Below, piece after piece: positions 11,940 through 25,700 of a DNA stretch of 49,662 bases. The DNA lies in contig BFEA01000005.1 of the NCBI GenBank assembly GCA_003427395.1, positions 7,999,609 to 8,049,270 of the forward strand, in the 5' to 3' direction. The number at the start of each line of letters is the position of its first letter. The stretch's first letter is position 1. The stretch comes from Chara braunii (taxonomy: Eukaryota; Plantae; Charophyceae). The notes beneath the pieces were generated by a model. It saw nothing but the letters and a program-made list of their open reading frames with translations. It did not search any database and had not been told where the DNA came from. The translations under genes were made by a program, and so were the position numbers.

Positions 11940-12522
11940 ACTTGGCAACCGTAATCTACAGTCCACTATTTGGCTTTGGGCACCGACCATCATCTAGAGC
12001 CTATCTTCAGGTAGCCGCCATCTAGAGCCTACCTTTGGGCAACCGCCATCTAAAACCTATCTTTGGGCAGCCACCATCTCGATCCTATCTTTGGGCAGCC
12101 GCCATCTAGAGCCTATCTCTAGACAACCGCCATCCAGAGCCTATATTTGGGCAGCCGCCATGTAGAGCCTATCTTTGGGCAGCCGCCATCTACAATCTAT
12201 CTCTGGGTAACCTCCATCTAGAGCCTACTTTTGGGCAACCGCCATCTAGAGCCTATCCTTGGGCAAGCGCCATCTACAGCCTATCTCCGGGCAGCCGCCA
12301 TCTAGATCATACTTTTAGGCAACCGCCATCTAGAGCCTAACATCTGGCAGCCGCCATCCAGAGCCTACCTTTGGGCAACCGCCCTCTAAATCCTATCTTT
12401 GGGCAGCCGCCATTTACATCCTATCTTTGGGCAGCCGCCATCTAGAGCCTATCTCTAACCAACCGCCATCTAGAGCCTATATTTGGGCAGCCACCATGTA
12501 GAGCCTACCTTTGGGCAGCCGT
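11940..12522. repeat. 28-bp satellite (GAGCCTATCTTTGGGCAGCCGCCATCTA), left part, ~20 units
   Basis: Head-to-tail 28-bp units with no spacers. Confidence 0.95.
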
Positions 12523-15500
12523 TGTCGGAGCAGAAACCCTTACAACGGTATCTGCTCGGGTTTTTCAATGTCGGACGTTGTCCGACGATTTTCGTTAAAT
12601 TAAGGAAACTTGATGAGACTGACATCTGCCAAAGTTTGTTCAAACCAACCCTTTGACTTAGATACCTAATTTTTAGAATCTGACGCACAGAGGGAGTCAG
12701 CAGTACGGATTATCGTCCGCGGTTTCCGACAAGGCCGCAGGGATGTGCGGTCTTGAAAAGGCTAAAGGTAGACTATTCTAGCTAAAAGACTGACGCGGGG
12801 ATGTTAAGCCGCGCGATTCAGGGCGTGAATAGGTTGAAAAAGGGTCGTCACATCAAAACTTGGAGCCGTGGGGGGGAGAGAATATAAAGTTTTTTTTTAA
12901 GACGCCACAGGGGGCTTGCACTTACTGATTGGGTTGGTTCCTGTCCGAATGGTGCAGGAAGGCGGAGCAGGCAGGCCTTGAAATGTCACGAGAGGGTGGG
13001 TTTGGCAAGCAAAGTCTGCTGGGCCATAGGTGGGCAGGCAAGTGAAGTCCCCTAGCCATAGAAGGGCAAGCGGGCAAAGCCTGCCCAACCATAGGTGGGC
13101 GGCCTACTGGGGAAAAACCCTTCATATACAAGGGTCGCTCTTACTATACCAAGAGCAGGAGCTAGCCCAGTAGGATACGTCATTAAACTTTTATCCAGAA
13201 GAGATCGGGATCGAGCCCCGATGACATCTCCACTGGGCTTGCTCCTTTTGGAGCAACCCAACCTCTTTGCGTGGCCGTTCTCGGTCGTGCGATCGATGAG
13301 ATCGCACGGCTGAAAGAAGCCGCGCGCAGATTAGCAAGGCCCCTGCGCAAGGACGACACGCATAAATCGAGAAATGGTCCAATTTTTTTTTTGAGTCCTT
13401 TGGGACGCGAACTTGGATCTTTAGCTTCGGAGCAAGGCGGAGGGGCTCTATGCTACGAGGGACCGTTGGCATAAGCCAATGGAGTAAAAAAAATATATAC
13501 ATATATAGACAAAGCGCCAAGTGACGCTCGTAGAATAGAGAGGGATTTGCAGTCCCTGGAAAGGAGGAAAGAGGCGCCCGTTTTCAAGGCGCCATGTCGT
13601 TTCCAGGTAAGTTGTGTTTTTTTTTTTTTATAATTTCTTTTTCTTCTTGTTTTGTTTCTTTTTGGGTGTTACTTTGTTCCCCCTCCCCGTTCGTAATCGT
13701 TGAGGCACGGCCAACAGGGAAAACGGGAAGGGGTTNNNNNNNNNNNNNNNNNNNNNNNNNNNNNNNNNNNNNNNNNNNNNNNNNNNNNNNNNNNNNNNNN
13801 NNNNNNNNNNNAAAAAAAAAAAAAAAAAAAAAAAAAACCAGTCTTTTCAGACTGTGTGGGAGCAAAAAAAAAAAAACACAACAAAACAACAGTCTTTTCA
13901 GACTGTGTGGGAGCACAAAGGCTCCCACTTCGTTTTGGACAGATGACTGTGGCCACGAGATCTTGAGATATCGCGGCCCACAGTGCACACGCGGAGAAAC
14001 TATGAGAGTTGAGTGGAGAGGGAGAAAGAAAGAAATGGGAGGATGAGAGAAAGGAGGACCTACTCCTCCTGGCCTGCTAGCTGCGTCCCCGTTGTCAGGG
14101 GGGTGAATAAGAAAAAGAAAAGAGAAAAAAAAAGGAAAAAAAAAAAAGAAACAAAAAAGAAAACGAGAAACGAAATCTGATTTTTTTTTAAATCTGTATT
14201 TTTTGGTTTGTGCTGCTATTTTTTTGGTGGCGTAAACCAATTTCGTCGGCCTTGAAATTTTTTATGTAGGTAGCCGCACACCTAGGCCATGCGTGTGAAT
14301 CCTTTCAGATTTTTTTATGTGGCGAATATTTTTATAAAAATCATCAAAGTCGGGGTACTTTTTGCACCCCGCTCTGAGCCTGTCGGGATTTGAACTCATG
14401 AATTTTAACGAGTTGTTTCCCTACCTCTCCCAATCTGACAAACGCCATCCCCGTTTTCAGGGGAGGGCAGGGGAGAAAAGAGAAAAGAAAGTAGAAGGAG
14501 AGAAAAGGAAAAAGAAAAAGCCACGACCACAAATGTGGCTGCGGCTACGATCAGATACAGACCAAACTGACCTGAATGTGACTCAGGCTTGAGTCTGGGG
14601 AGTTGAAGAGGTGGTGAGGGGAACTTGGCTGGAAACAACCATTTTCCCGCTGAACCTGCACTCAGTGTGGGGCTGAGTACAGGGAAAAGGGAGAAAACAA
14701 AGGGGGCAGTTGAGTACAACTGCCGCCCTAAGTGTGTGGCTGAGGTGAGACAGCCTCAAGTGACGAATTTTGCCTGGGGTCAGCTGAGGCTGCTGCTGCC
14801 CTCCTCAGCCACTACAAAAGAGATAGTTGTCTGCCAGCTGCCTCACACTTGCCTCCAGCTGCCAGTGTGCGACAACACACTTGCCTCATCGTTGGAGTGT
14901 TAGAGAGGAGGCGGGAGTGCTGTCAGCGGAGCTGGAGGACTGCGAAGGAGCGTGACGAAGGAGGAGACAACCATAGCCTTGGTTGTAGCACTCTGCTCCA
15001 CCCCTTGGCAGGCTGGTCTTAAGGGGGACTCTGCGGCAGCGTGGTAAGGAGCGGCAGCGGAGCGACGGGGAGCACGACAACTGTTGGAGGTGTGCCGACC
15101 GATATTTTCGGCAACCATAACCCATTTTTGTGGGGTTATGCTGCCGAGATACCACGGTGTCGGCGCGACACCTTTATTTTGAGGGGTGATGATGCCGTTT
15201 TCACGGCACGTCGGCGACACTTTGTTTTGAACAGTGACGCTATCGTTTTCACGGCACGGTAGTACAGCGTGGCGGAGCGCCGTCGTCTTTTTCCGGTGGT
15301 ACGGCACGGCGAAGCGCCGCCGTCTTTTGCGGTGGTACGACACGGCGAAGAGCTGCCGTCTTTTTTACGGCAGTACAGCGAGGCGGAGCACCGCCGTCTT
15401 TTTGCAGTGGTCCGACACGAGGAAGCGCCGCCGTCTTTTTACGGTGGTACGACACAGTGAAGTGCCGTCGTCTTTTTGTGGTGGTACGACACTGCGAAGA

Positions 15501-17860
15501 CCTGCCATTTTTTTTTTATTTTTTTTTATTTTTATTTTTTTTTTTTTACTGTGGTACGACACGACGAAGCGCTGTCATTTTTTTTATGGCGGTGCAGCAC
15601 GGCGAAGCGCCGCCGTCTTTTCCGGTGGTACGACACGGCGAAGCATTGCCGTCTTTTTTACGGTGGTACGACACAGCGAAGCGCTGCTGTTTTCTTTTTT
15701 TTTTACGGTGGTACGGCACAACGAAGCGCTTCCGTTTTCTTTTGTTTTTATGGTGGTACAACATGACGAAGCGCTGCCGTTTTTTTTTACGAGGATTTGG
15801 CACGACAATGCTGCACATTGGTGGGACGTGAGTGGGCGGCGCATTGACCATTGGGAACACGTGGCACTTGCGGTTTTGACACCAGGTGGTGTTATTATTT
15901 TTTGGAGAGCGTGGTGAGAGCGGTTTCGGCAGTTGGGACCATCCAATGCTACAAGTGGTCGTGCGGGACCGCTTGGGACCATTGGGATCAGTTGGGATCG
16001 ACGCAAGACGCAGTGGATTTTTTTGGGATGAGTGCGGCTCGCCATCTTAGCACTTGGGACTGCCGCGAGTGAAACTTGCAAGTCGGGAACAGATTGGGAC
16101 AAGCAGTTGACCCAAGACTTACCTTGAGACTGCGGTTTCTTCGGCGACGCGTATATGTTACTTGGCTTGCTTGAGTAAGCCACAACGCGTTTGACACCAC
16201 TTCACTCAAGGTCAATCAGTGGATGACTCAGATTCCCTTCACACCTGTGTGCACCTACACATTGCTTCACCTTTTCGCTTTGAACGTTCATGAGAAAATG
16301 TTGAGTGGGGTTGTGGGCGTTGTGCATGAGTGAAAAGGTGGGTCTGACGTGAGCAGTGAGACTTGGCTTGTCTTCTTTTGATCGTGTTGTCTGTGTGGTG
16401 TGCAGGTGAGTAAAACGACTATGTATGAAAGTGGGACAAAATGCTATTTGACAAAATGACGAAGAGTTTCGCCTCCTTACCTTTTTTTTCCTTTCGTTAG
16501 TGAGTTGGGTGAACTTGCTTGCTATTTTTGAAGGATAATCGATGGGCTTCGTGAGAAAATAAATCTTGAAAACAGAAAGAGAATCAAAGCATAATGAATG
16601 TAACTTTTCCCTAGGAAACCCGTTCTATCCCGATCGACCCTCTTATTTACGTCTGTCCAAATGATTCTTATTTTCTTTATCCCTTTTGATTTCTCTTGGT
16701 TTAAGTTACTTTGAACTTGGGAGAAATGAGAACAACTGAAAGGTACTCGCAGTGGACACATCCTCTCTTTTAAGGAAGCATATGGGGAAGGGGTTCGTTG
16801 CTTTAGGAGCCGACTCTGTGATCGACCCAGAGTGGACCGTTCTACGGGGGAGTACTTTGCCGATTCGGTGAAAACGGGTCGATTTCTGAGATCCGAGTTT
16901 TGTGCTCGGGCGAGGAGGAGGAGTACCCTAGACCACTTCTTATAGGGAGAGACATGCAACACTTCAAGCAATGCACCTGATAAAAAATCGTCCGCAAGCA
17001 GCCTATCATCCAAGAAGATTAAAAATTTGTGAAAGCGAGTATGTGCTTGTTTAATCTTAGATCGGATGTAGGATGGAACGAATAATCGTTGGCAGTGTGT
17101 CTCATCAAGTCAAAACCAAGACAGCCGACTATCGTGTCGGGTTTATCTATGTGATTGTCGGAAGCCGACTCCTGATTGACGACTATATGACTTTTGCAGA
17201 GTTCGACCCGGGATTGTCGGGTTTTATTTTGATATTGAGCTATTGGATGTATTGCATGATGATTCAAAGTATTTCGTTTATTATATCTGATTGAATATAC
17301 TTTCCTATCGACAGCAACCGATTCCTTAAATATATGTGAGTGTTATAAATTTATTTTGAGTTGTATGTTAAAGAGATTAGGATACTGTGGGTTTCACGCT
17401 TAGTTGAGACCGTCCTAGTCAACCGGCGTACACTTTGTTCCTAGGAGATCAGCGCCCTAAGGAACGGACGATGCTCGGGGCCACTCGGCGTTAACCAAAC
17501 GTATCTATACTATAGCGAACGAGCAAACGCCCTCGACCGACCCACCTCTGCAATTGCATCTAAAAACTTTCGCACGTGGGTTGGTAGCTCGGTAGGGGTA
17601 GTGACACCCCCTTAGGGAAGCAAGTTGTGCCCCGTGGGAACCTATCCTGTCGTAGGACACTGTGGGATGTGCAGTTGGCGCACCCGGCTAGAGCGGTGAA
17701 GGAACGACACGACCCCGCACCCGTCTCGGAGGTTCGTGAGATTATTTTACGTCGTTCTCAAGTTGTCTCTTATGTTGTGTTTTTGTTTAACTCCTGCGTG
17801 ACATGGCCGGGAGGGCTCCCTCCTCTGCGGGAGAAAAGACGGGGGCCGATGCGCTCGACA
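12523..17860. mobile_element. ~5.3-kb insertion with TGT...ACA ends: probable large solo LTR (or non-autonomous integrase-type element)
   Basis: Ends are TGTCGGAGC...GCTCGACA and flanks are CCGT / CCGC. Removing the insert and one 4-bp copy restores a satellite unit (GGGCAGCCGCCAT). No gag/pol and no internal second LTR seen. Contains a short N-gap. Confidence 0.8.
15150..15810. repeat. ~36-38-bp minisatellite (CGGTGGTACGACACGGCGAAGCGCCGCCGTCTTTT) inside the 5.3-kb insertion
   Basis: About 15 tandem units with a variable poly-T tract. Confidence 0.9.
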
Positions 17861-19070
17861 CCGCCATTTATAATTTATCTCTGGGGAGTTCCCATCTACA
17901 ACCTATCATTGGGCAGCCGTCATTTAGAGCCTATCCTTGGGTAGGCGCCATCTACAACCTATCTCTAAGCAGCCGCCAACTGGAACATACCTTTGGGCAG
18001 CCACCATCTAGAGCCTACCATGTGGCAGCCGCCATCCTGAGCCTACCTTTGGGCAGCCGCCATGTAAAGCTTATCTTTGGACAACCGCCATCTAAAGCCT
18101 ATCTTTGGGCAACCGCCATTTAAAACCTATCTTTGGACAACCGCCATCTAGAGCATATCTCTGGCTAACCGCCATCTAGAGCCTATCTTTGGGCAGCCGC
18201 CATGTGAAGCCTATCTCTGGCCAACCGCCATCTAGAGCCTATCTTTGGGCAGTTGGCATTTAAAGCCTACCTTTGTGCAACTGCCATCTAAAACCTATCT
18301 TTGAGCAGCCGCTATCTAGATCCTATCTTTGGGCAACCACCATCTAAAGCCTATCTCTAGCCAACCACCATCAAGAGCCTATCTTTGGGCAGCGGCCATC
18401 TAGAGCGTATATTCGGGCAACCGCCATCTAGAGCTTACCATAAGAGCCTACCTTTGGGCAGCCGCCCTCTAAAGCCTATTTTTTGGGCAGCCGCCATCTA
18501 AAGCGTATCTTTGAGCAGCCGCGATCTAAAACCTATCTTTGGGTAGCCGCCATCTAGAGCCTGTCTCTAGCTAGCCGCCATCTAGAGCCTATCTTTGGAT
18601 AGCCACCATATAGAGCCTGTCTTTGGGCAAACGTCATCTACAATCTATCTCTGGGCACCCGCCATCTAGAGCCTATCTTTGGGCAACCGCCATCTAGAGC
18701 CTATCTTTGGGCAGGCGCCATTTACAACCTATCTCTGGGCAGCTGCCATCTAGAGCCTATCTTTGGGCAGCCTCCATCTAGAGCCTACAATGTGGCAACC
18801 GCCATCCAGAGCCTACATTTGGGCAACCGCCATCTGCAGGCTGTAGTGTATGACTTGACAACGGTCGTCAACATCCTACCTATGGGCAACCGAATTTACT
18901 GCGTAGGCTGCCACCATCTAGAGCCTACCGTTTGGAAGCCGCCATCAAGAGTCAGCCTACCTTCTGGCGGCCACCATCTAGAGCCTACCGTTGAGCAGCC
19001 ACCATCTACAGCCTACCATTGGGCCGCCGCCATCTAGAACCTACCTTTGGGCAGCCGCCATCTAGAGCCA
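17861..19070. repeat. 28-bp satellite, right part, ~42 units
   Basis: Same unit and phase as 11940-12522. Confidence 0.95.
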
Positions 19071-19084
19071 ATCGACTGAACGCA

Positions 19085-22000
19085 ATGATCAAATGGCCGC
19101 ATATTCCTGTGAGGAGGATGTATCCTCCTCTGGGTTTTCTGCGACTGGAAAACCTGCACTACTGGAGTAGGTTGGCAATGTCGATTGTGACTGTCGACCT
19201 AGAGTGGCCGTCCCTTTCTCGCCGATCGTGAACGGTTCTCTAATGCCCGGAACACAACACTCCCTACAAAGGTGCAAAAGGCCGTGTGAAAGTTCATCGA
19301 CTGACTGTTTAGCACATCCCGATGGTGCTCCCCACGACTGCCCGATTCGAAAGTGTGATTTCCGGTTTCCATTGACGGACAGTTTTCTCTACGCCTCGTG
19401 ACTAGACGATAATGATCAAAGGACTGCATATGTTTGATATGTGGGGAGGATGTGTCAGCCGTCTGGAAACCCGAGTCCACTTTCCGGTGTTTCGTAACAG
19501 GCGACTTTTCTAACGCCTCCCGACCGAATGCTAATGACCAATGGACTGCACCCTGTGGGGAGGATGTATCCTCCTCAGGGTTTCCGGTGTATGGAAAACC
19601 TGCACTTGGTGTCGCTTGGCAATGCCGACAGTGCTTTTCGAGCAAAAGACGCCGTCCCTTTTGGTTATGTGATACCGTAAACATGATGCACCCTATGCCT
19701 CTCGAGGTAGAGTTGTCGTGACTTTCCTGCCGACTGAACATCGGTTTTATGATATCTTAAACAAAATGGCCGTTCTTTGGTCGCGCAAAAAGGAAAACAC
19801 CTCATTACTCTGGTCGACGTCTTCCCCACTTCGGTCCCTGAACAGTTGATCAAAAACATTCCCCGATAGACTTCACAACCTCACTGAAGGTGTGGGCACT
19901 GCTGTATGGCGTTGTGGTAGCTAAGCCACCGACAATTTAACAATTCGCGCGAGTTGTTCTCATATGAGTTGTTTTGGTGTCTCCAGGTCCGAGCTCATAA
20001 ATTATTGCTATCATGATGCAGCGTCGCAAGGGGTCTTACAAACCTTATTGGGTTGTGAAACGGATGGATCCGCCACACAGGCTTCGGTTTCCATTGACAG
20101 AGAGTTTTTTCGACGCCTTGTGACCGGACGATAATGATCAAAGGACTGAATATGCTTGTGAGGAGGATGTATCCTCGTCTGGGTTTTTTGTGCTAGCCAT
20201 CTGAAAACCCGAGTTTACTTTCCGGCATTCAATGACAGATGGTTTTTCCAAGGCCTCGCTACCGGATGTTAATGATCAATGGACAGCATATCCCTGTGGG
20301 GAGGATGTATCCTCCTTTGGGTTTCACCATAGGTGTCGGTTGGCAATGCCGATCAGCATTCCCCGATAGACTTCACAACACCACAGATGGTGCGGGCACT
20401 ATTGTATTTGATAGGACGGTAGGATCATGTCGGTTCTTCTCCTTTTACAATCGCTCCCTACATAGGTCTAAATGGCATTGTGTAGCTAAGCGACCGACAG
20501 TACAACACTTTGCGCGAGTTATTCTCGTATGAGTTGTTGTGGTGTCTCGAGGACATGAGCTCGAAAATTATTGCTAACATGATGCAGCATCCCAAGGGGT
20601 CTTACAAACCGTATGGAGTTGTGAAACGGATGAATCCGCCACACAAGTTTCGGTTTCCATTGACTGGAAGTTTTTTCGACGCCTTGTGACTGAACGATAA
20701 TGATCAAAGGACTGCATATGCTCGTGGGGAGGATGTATCCTCTTCTTGGTTTTTATGCTAACCGTCTGGAAACCTGAGTCCGCTTTTCGGCGTCCAATGA
20801 GAGACGACTTTTCCAAGGCCTCACGATCGGATGCTAATGACCAATGGACTGCATATTCTTGTAGGGAGGATGCATCCTCCTCTGGGTTTCACCATTGGTG
20901 TCAATTGGCAATGCCGATCAACATTCCCCGATAGACTTCACAATGTTACGGATGGTGCGGGCACTGCTGTATTTAACAGGACGGTAGGATCACGCCGGTT
21001 CTTCTCCCGTTACAACCGCTTCCTAAATAGGTCTAAATGGCACTGTGGTAGCTAAGCGACCGACAGTACAACACTCCACGTGAGTTGTTCTCATATGAGC
21101 TGTTGTGGTGTCTCGAGGTCAGAGCTTGGATATTATTGCTAACATGATGCCGCGTCGCAAGGGGTCTTACAAACCTTATGGGGTTGTGAAACGGATGGAT
21201 CCGCCACACAAATTTCGGTTTTCATAGACAGGCTGCTTTTGCGACGCGCACCGCTGTATTTGACAAGACATTAGGATCATGCCGGTTCTTCTCCCTTTAC
21301 AATCGCTCTCTACATAGGTCTAAATGGCACTGTAGGAACCTAAGCGACTGACATCACAATACTTCGCGCGAGTTGTTCTCATATAAGCTGTCGTAGTATC
21401 TCGAGGTCCACGTTGAGAAATTATTGCTAACATGATTCAGCGTCGGAAGGGGTTTGACAAACCTTATGGGTTGTGAAACGGATGGATCCGCCACACAGGT
21501 TTCAGTTTCCATTGACAGACATCTTTTTCGACGCCTCGTGACCGGACGATAATGATCAAAGGCTGCATATGTTTGTGAGGAGGATGTATCCTCCTCGGGG
21601 GTTTTGTGCTAGCCGTCTGGAAACCCGAGTACGCTTTCCAGCGTTCAATGACAGATGGTTTTTCCAAGGCCTATGAAAACCAGATGCTAATGATCAATGG
21701 ATTGCATATCCCTGTAGGAAGGATGTATCCTCCTCTAGGTTTCACTATTGGTGTCGGTTGGCAATGCCGATCAGTATTCCCCAATAGACTTCACAACGCA
21801 ACGGATGGTGCGGGCACTGCTGTATTTGACAGGTCGGTAGGATCATGCCGGTTCTTCTCCCTTTACAACCGCTCCCGACATAAGTGTAAATGGCGTTGTG
21901 GTAGCTAAACGAGCGACAATTTAACAATTCTTGCGAGTTCTTCTCATATGAGCTGTTGTGGTGTCTCCAGGTCTAAGCTCGAAAATTATTGCTAACCTTA

Positions 22001-22095
22001 TGCAGCGTCGCAAGGGGTCTTACAAACCTTATGGGGTTGTGAAACGGATGGATCCGCCACACAGGTTGTGAATGGATGGATTTGCCACACAGGTT
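19085..22095. repeat. Tandem repeat of ~500-565-bp units with GGAGGATGTATCCTCC and GGATGGATCCGCCACAC motifs
   Basis: The anchor TTCCCCRATAGACTTCACAA occurs at ~19859, 20359, 20923 and 21777, with a partial unit at ~21250-21500. Confidence 0.9.
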
Positions 22096-22701
22096 ACGGT
22101 ATAGCCTAATATTCACTTATGCTCTCCCCTTCTACTGGAATCCCGCACATACATTGGACTAAGTCCTTATGTCTTGTTGCCGTCTGCGTCTGTTGATTGT
22201 GAGCAGTCCAATTCTCATTTCTGCCTCTGTGCAAATTCTTAACTACATGACGACTGTTGTTTGTATGTTGGGTGATGTGCAGTTGCAAGACCCTTTCCTT
22301 TTGTGTAGGTTTCTTCTCAATTTTTCACCTACACTGCATGCGTCTCGTCAAAATGTTGCTGTTCATTTAGCATGGGAGAAAGTCCGCCTTCTAGTGACTT
22401 GTGTTATCATTTTGGAGCAATGATAGTCACACCGACGAGCTCGTTAGATAACACTCCATCACCAATTCCAGGGACGTCTTTTTTGCGCAAGCGTAATCAC
22501 GCGGAACGACAAGACTTTGAGTCGACTGAGGATTATTCACAGCAGTCCCAAACATGGAACACTCCATGGTCGATACGGAAGGTATGCAAGGACGGCGGTG
22601 TGCATGCGGGTGTTAGAGTTCATTCCTCACATGATTCAGATAATGGCAGCTAGAGGCTTGTGGGTTGTGCCAAGATGTCAAGCTGAGTCGGTGACGGGTA
22701 C

Positions 22702-25700
22702 TTGGCTAGCCTTAGCTGTAGTGTGACGAAATATGTCACCATAGGAGGAGGCTATGGGACTGAACAGTCATTCGCCAAATTATTGTCTACAGTTGGGGCT
22801 GTTTCGCAAGAGAACAACTTTGATGATAGTGGATCTCATGGTGTTAGTCATTCTCATTCTCACGTTAGTGGACACCATACAGGATCTGGGGATGGTAATG
22901 AGGAGTCTCGAGAGATATTGATATTTATCTCACGTAGTGAGTCTCATGAGGAGAAAGAAATACACTACATTCTTCCCGCACCGTTGCCCAGAGAGAAAGG
23001 ACCAGACAACATGGCCAACGGAGCAGCTAGGAAACGTTTCCGGAACAAAAGAGCTTTGACTAAGCTTAGGCTAGAATCTCTTCAACGTGTGCTTGGTATG
23101 CTTTGTTGCACAACGTTTTGTTGTGCGAATCTCACTGCTGATGATGTTAGGCTAGTCAGGGAGGGTTTGTACTGCAAAATATTTGGAGATCGAAGGAAAT
23201 GGTGGTTGCAAACAATACACGACTTCACCATAATGGAGGGTGATGTTAAGCGAACTTGACCAATTCTATGCAGACAAAATTTGTGCGTGCAAGCGTATTG
23301 TAATATACTGGACATTTCACGAAATACCTTTTATATTTACAAAAGGATGTATCACAATAATGTTGTGCACGCAAAACATGATCGTACGAGAACATGTAGT
23401 CCTTCGAACAAAGTAGTCACTATGCTCGCATGCATGAAAAAAATCATTGACGATCACGCTGATGATATGCCAAATGAAATGGCTAGAAACGACAATGTTT
23501 GCAGACAACGCCGTAGGATGTCCGCTGCTTTTACCAAGAGATCCATTTATGAATCCATGCAATCTGACTTGAAGACCGCATGACAGGTTGTCGTCTCCGA
23601 GTCTACCTTTTACGCCATTTGGAGCAAACACTTTTGGCACATTAGTGTGGCCCAATCCAACATGTTTACGAAATGTGCTCTATGCAACTACTATAAGCAG
23701 TGCATAGCTAAAGTGAAGTATGAACTACCGTAAAAAGTTTAAGATAAAGATGAAAGAACATCAGGAGCGACAAGTGAACCATCGGCAAGATTACTGTCTC
23801 GCAAAACTCGATTCAATATTGCGTCCTGCCGAGCATCTTTGCCTCATAATTGATGGCATGGATCAGAAGAAAACCACCTTGCCTCACATCGGGTAGGCAA
23901 AGTACTCAAATGACTTGCAACACAAGAGGATGATGAGGACCACTCTTACAACAGTAATCGACCACGACAGAGACCCTTCTATTTACGTATACACGTACTT
24001 TCCATACTACAAGCACAATACCAATAGCACATCTACATGCTTGATGAGGACTCTCTATGAAATTCAGGCCTCAAGGACACTGCTTCCTTCTCGATTGCAT
24101 ATTCAAGCGGATAACTGTTGGAAAGAAAACAAAAAGCAGTTCATATGTGGCTTGTCAGCACTTCTTGTGAAGTTTGAAGTATTTCAGGAAATTGAGATTG
24201 GGTTCATGATAGTCGGGCGTACCCATACAGATGTTGACGCCACTTTTAACGTTTTCTCCAAGAAGTTGAAAGACAATGATGCATATACAATGGATGAACT
24301 TTTTGCTTTGCTAGAACAATCTCACAAGAAGCCTCCGAAATGTATTTTCCTCGATAAAATTGCGGACAAGAAAAATATGGTAGCACTATGTCTCGGAACT
24401 GATATAACGGGTATTTCGAAGTCACATTTACTTAAGTTTTATATTGTAGGTGATAATCCAGCAATGTAGTACAAAAAGTATTAAGACGATGGGGAATGGT
24501 TGCCCAAAGACGGTCTGATTTACTGGTTTAAAAGAGATGACGTCAACAAGTATACTGGTCCATTGCAACCATTCGACCCTTTTTCGAGTCAACCGGCAGA
24601 GCTACAGTATTACAAGAATGAATGTGAATGTGTGGATTGTTTTCTGCATTTATTCCGAGAGAAAAGGTCGACGTGTAGTACTTATCAGGATAAAGAGGTA
24701 GCTCGTTTATAAAATGTTTTTGCTTATTGGGAAGGTGTTAAGGAACATGGAGCTTATATCATCCAACAAAAAAAAAATTCAGAATTAAATAATCATTCTA
24801 GAGTAAAATTACATTTTAAATTCCAAATTTTCATTCCATCTTAAAAAATGTCATACTCAAAAACTTTCTTTCCAAGAATGGGGTATCCTTTCTTATTTGA
24901 ACTGCATGCTAGAGATAGAATGAAAGTCTGGATGAGTTCATGAACTATTTTAATTGGACTGTCATTCTAAGTAAGGATTTTCAGTCATAAATAAGTTAAT
25001 CGAATATAAATCAGACGATATTTGTTGTAGTAGAATGAAAGTCCAATTAAAACATTTCATAAACTCGTCCAGACTTCCATTCCATTTTGAACAAATAGAT
25101 ATAGTTGAAAGGAAAAGCTCATATTTAGACGGGAACTTATCAAATTAAATTGGAAATTTTTGAATTGGACGAACATTGGAATGATAATTTATAAATATGA
25201 AGGATTTTTTTTTATGGAATGTTTTTTCAACTTTCATTTTTCATGGGAATTTTTCTGTTGTCGCAAACGGAGTATCTGAGTCAGTAATCACATCATTTTG
25301 GCCTTCTGCCTCGAAAAGGCAAAAGGAAGAAATTTTGCGGTCCGATTCTGAAGCACCCGAAAGAGAACCCTTGTTCGTTAGACACAAAAGGATCGCCCGA
25401 AGACAAACTTTGACCAAATTTTGGATGTTGAGAAAGACGGTTTCGTTATTCTGCAACCACCAGATGAAGAACCCGCAAAGGGTGTTCCGTTTTTGGTGGG
25501 CCAAGCGCTAACTCCAGTTGTCCTAGAAAAGGACTCCGAACATTACAACCAGGTAAAAGTTCAATACTGGATTCCTACAAGCAAATCGCGTTCACTTAAG
25601 GAACATTATGAAAATGCATGAGGGAGAAAGTGGAAAAGATCTACTGAGGATGAGGAGTCATGACAAAATGCTGATATGGTGACATTCGCATGGAAACGAG

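Noticed and set aside
13839-13915. 26-bp direct repeat CAGTCTTTTCAGACTGTGTGGGAGCA as a regulatory element
   Set aside because: Only two copies, next to a gap and poly-A, so a local duplication or assembly effect cannot be excluded.
11940-19070. CRISPR array (28-bp repeats)
   Set aside because: Units are head-to-tail with no unique spacers, there are no cas genes, and the context is eukaryotic.
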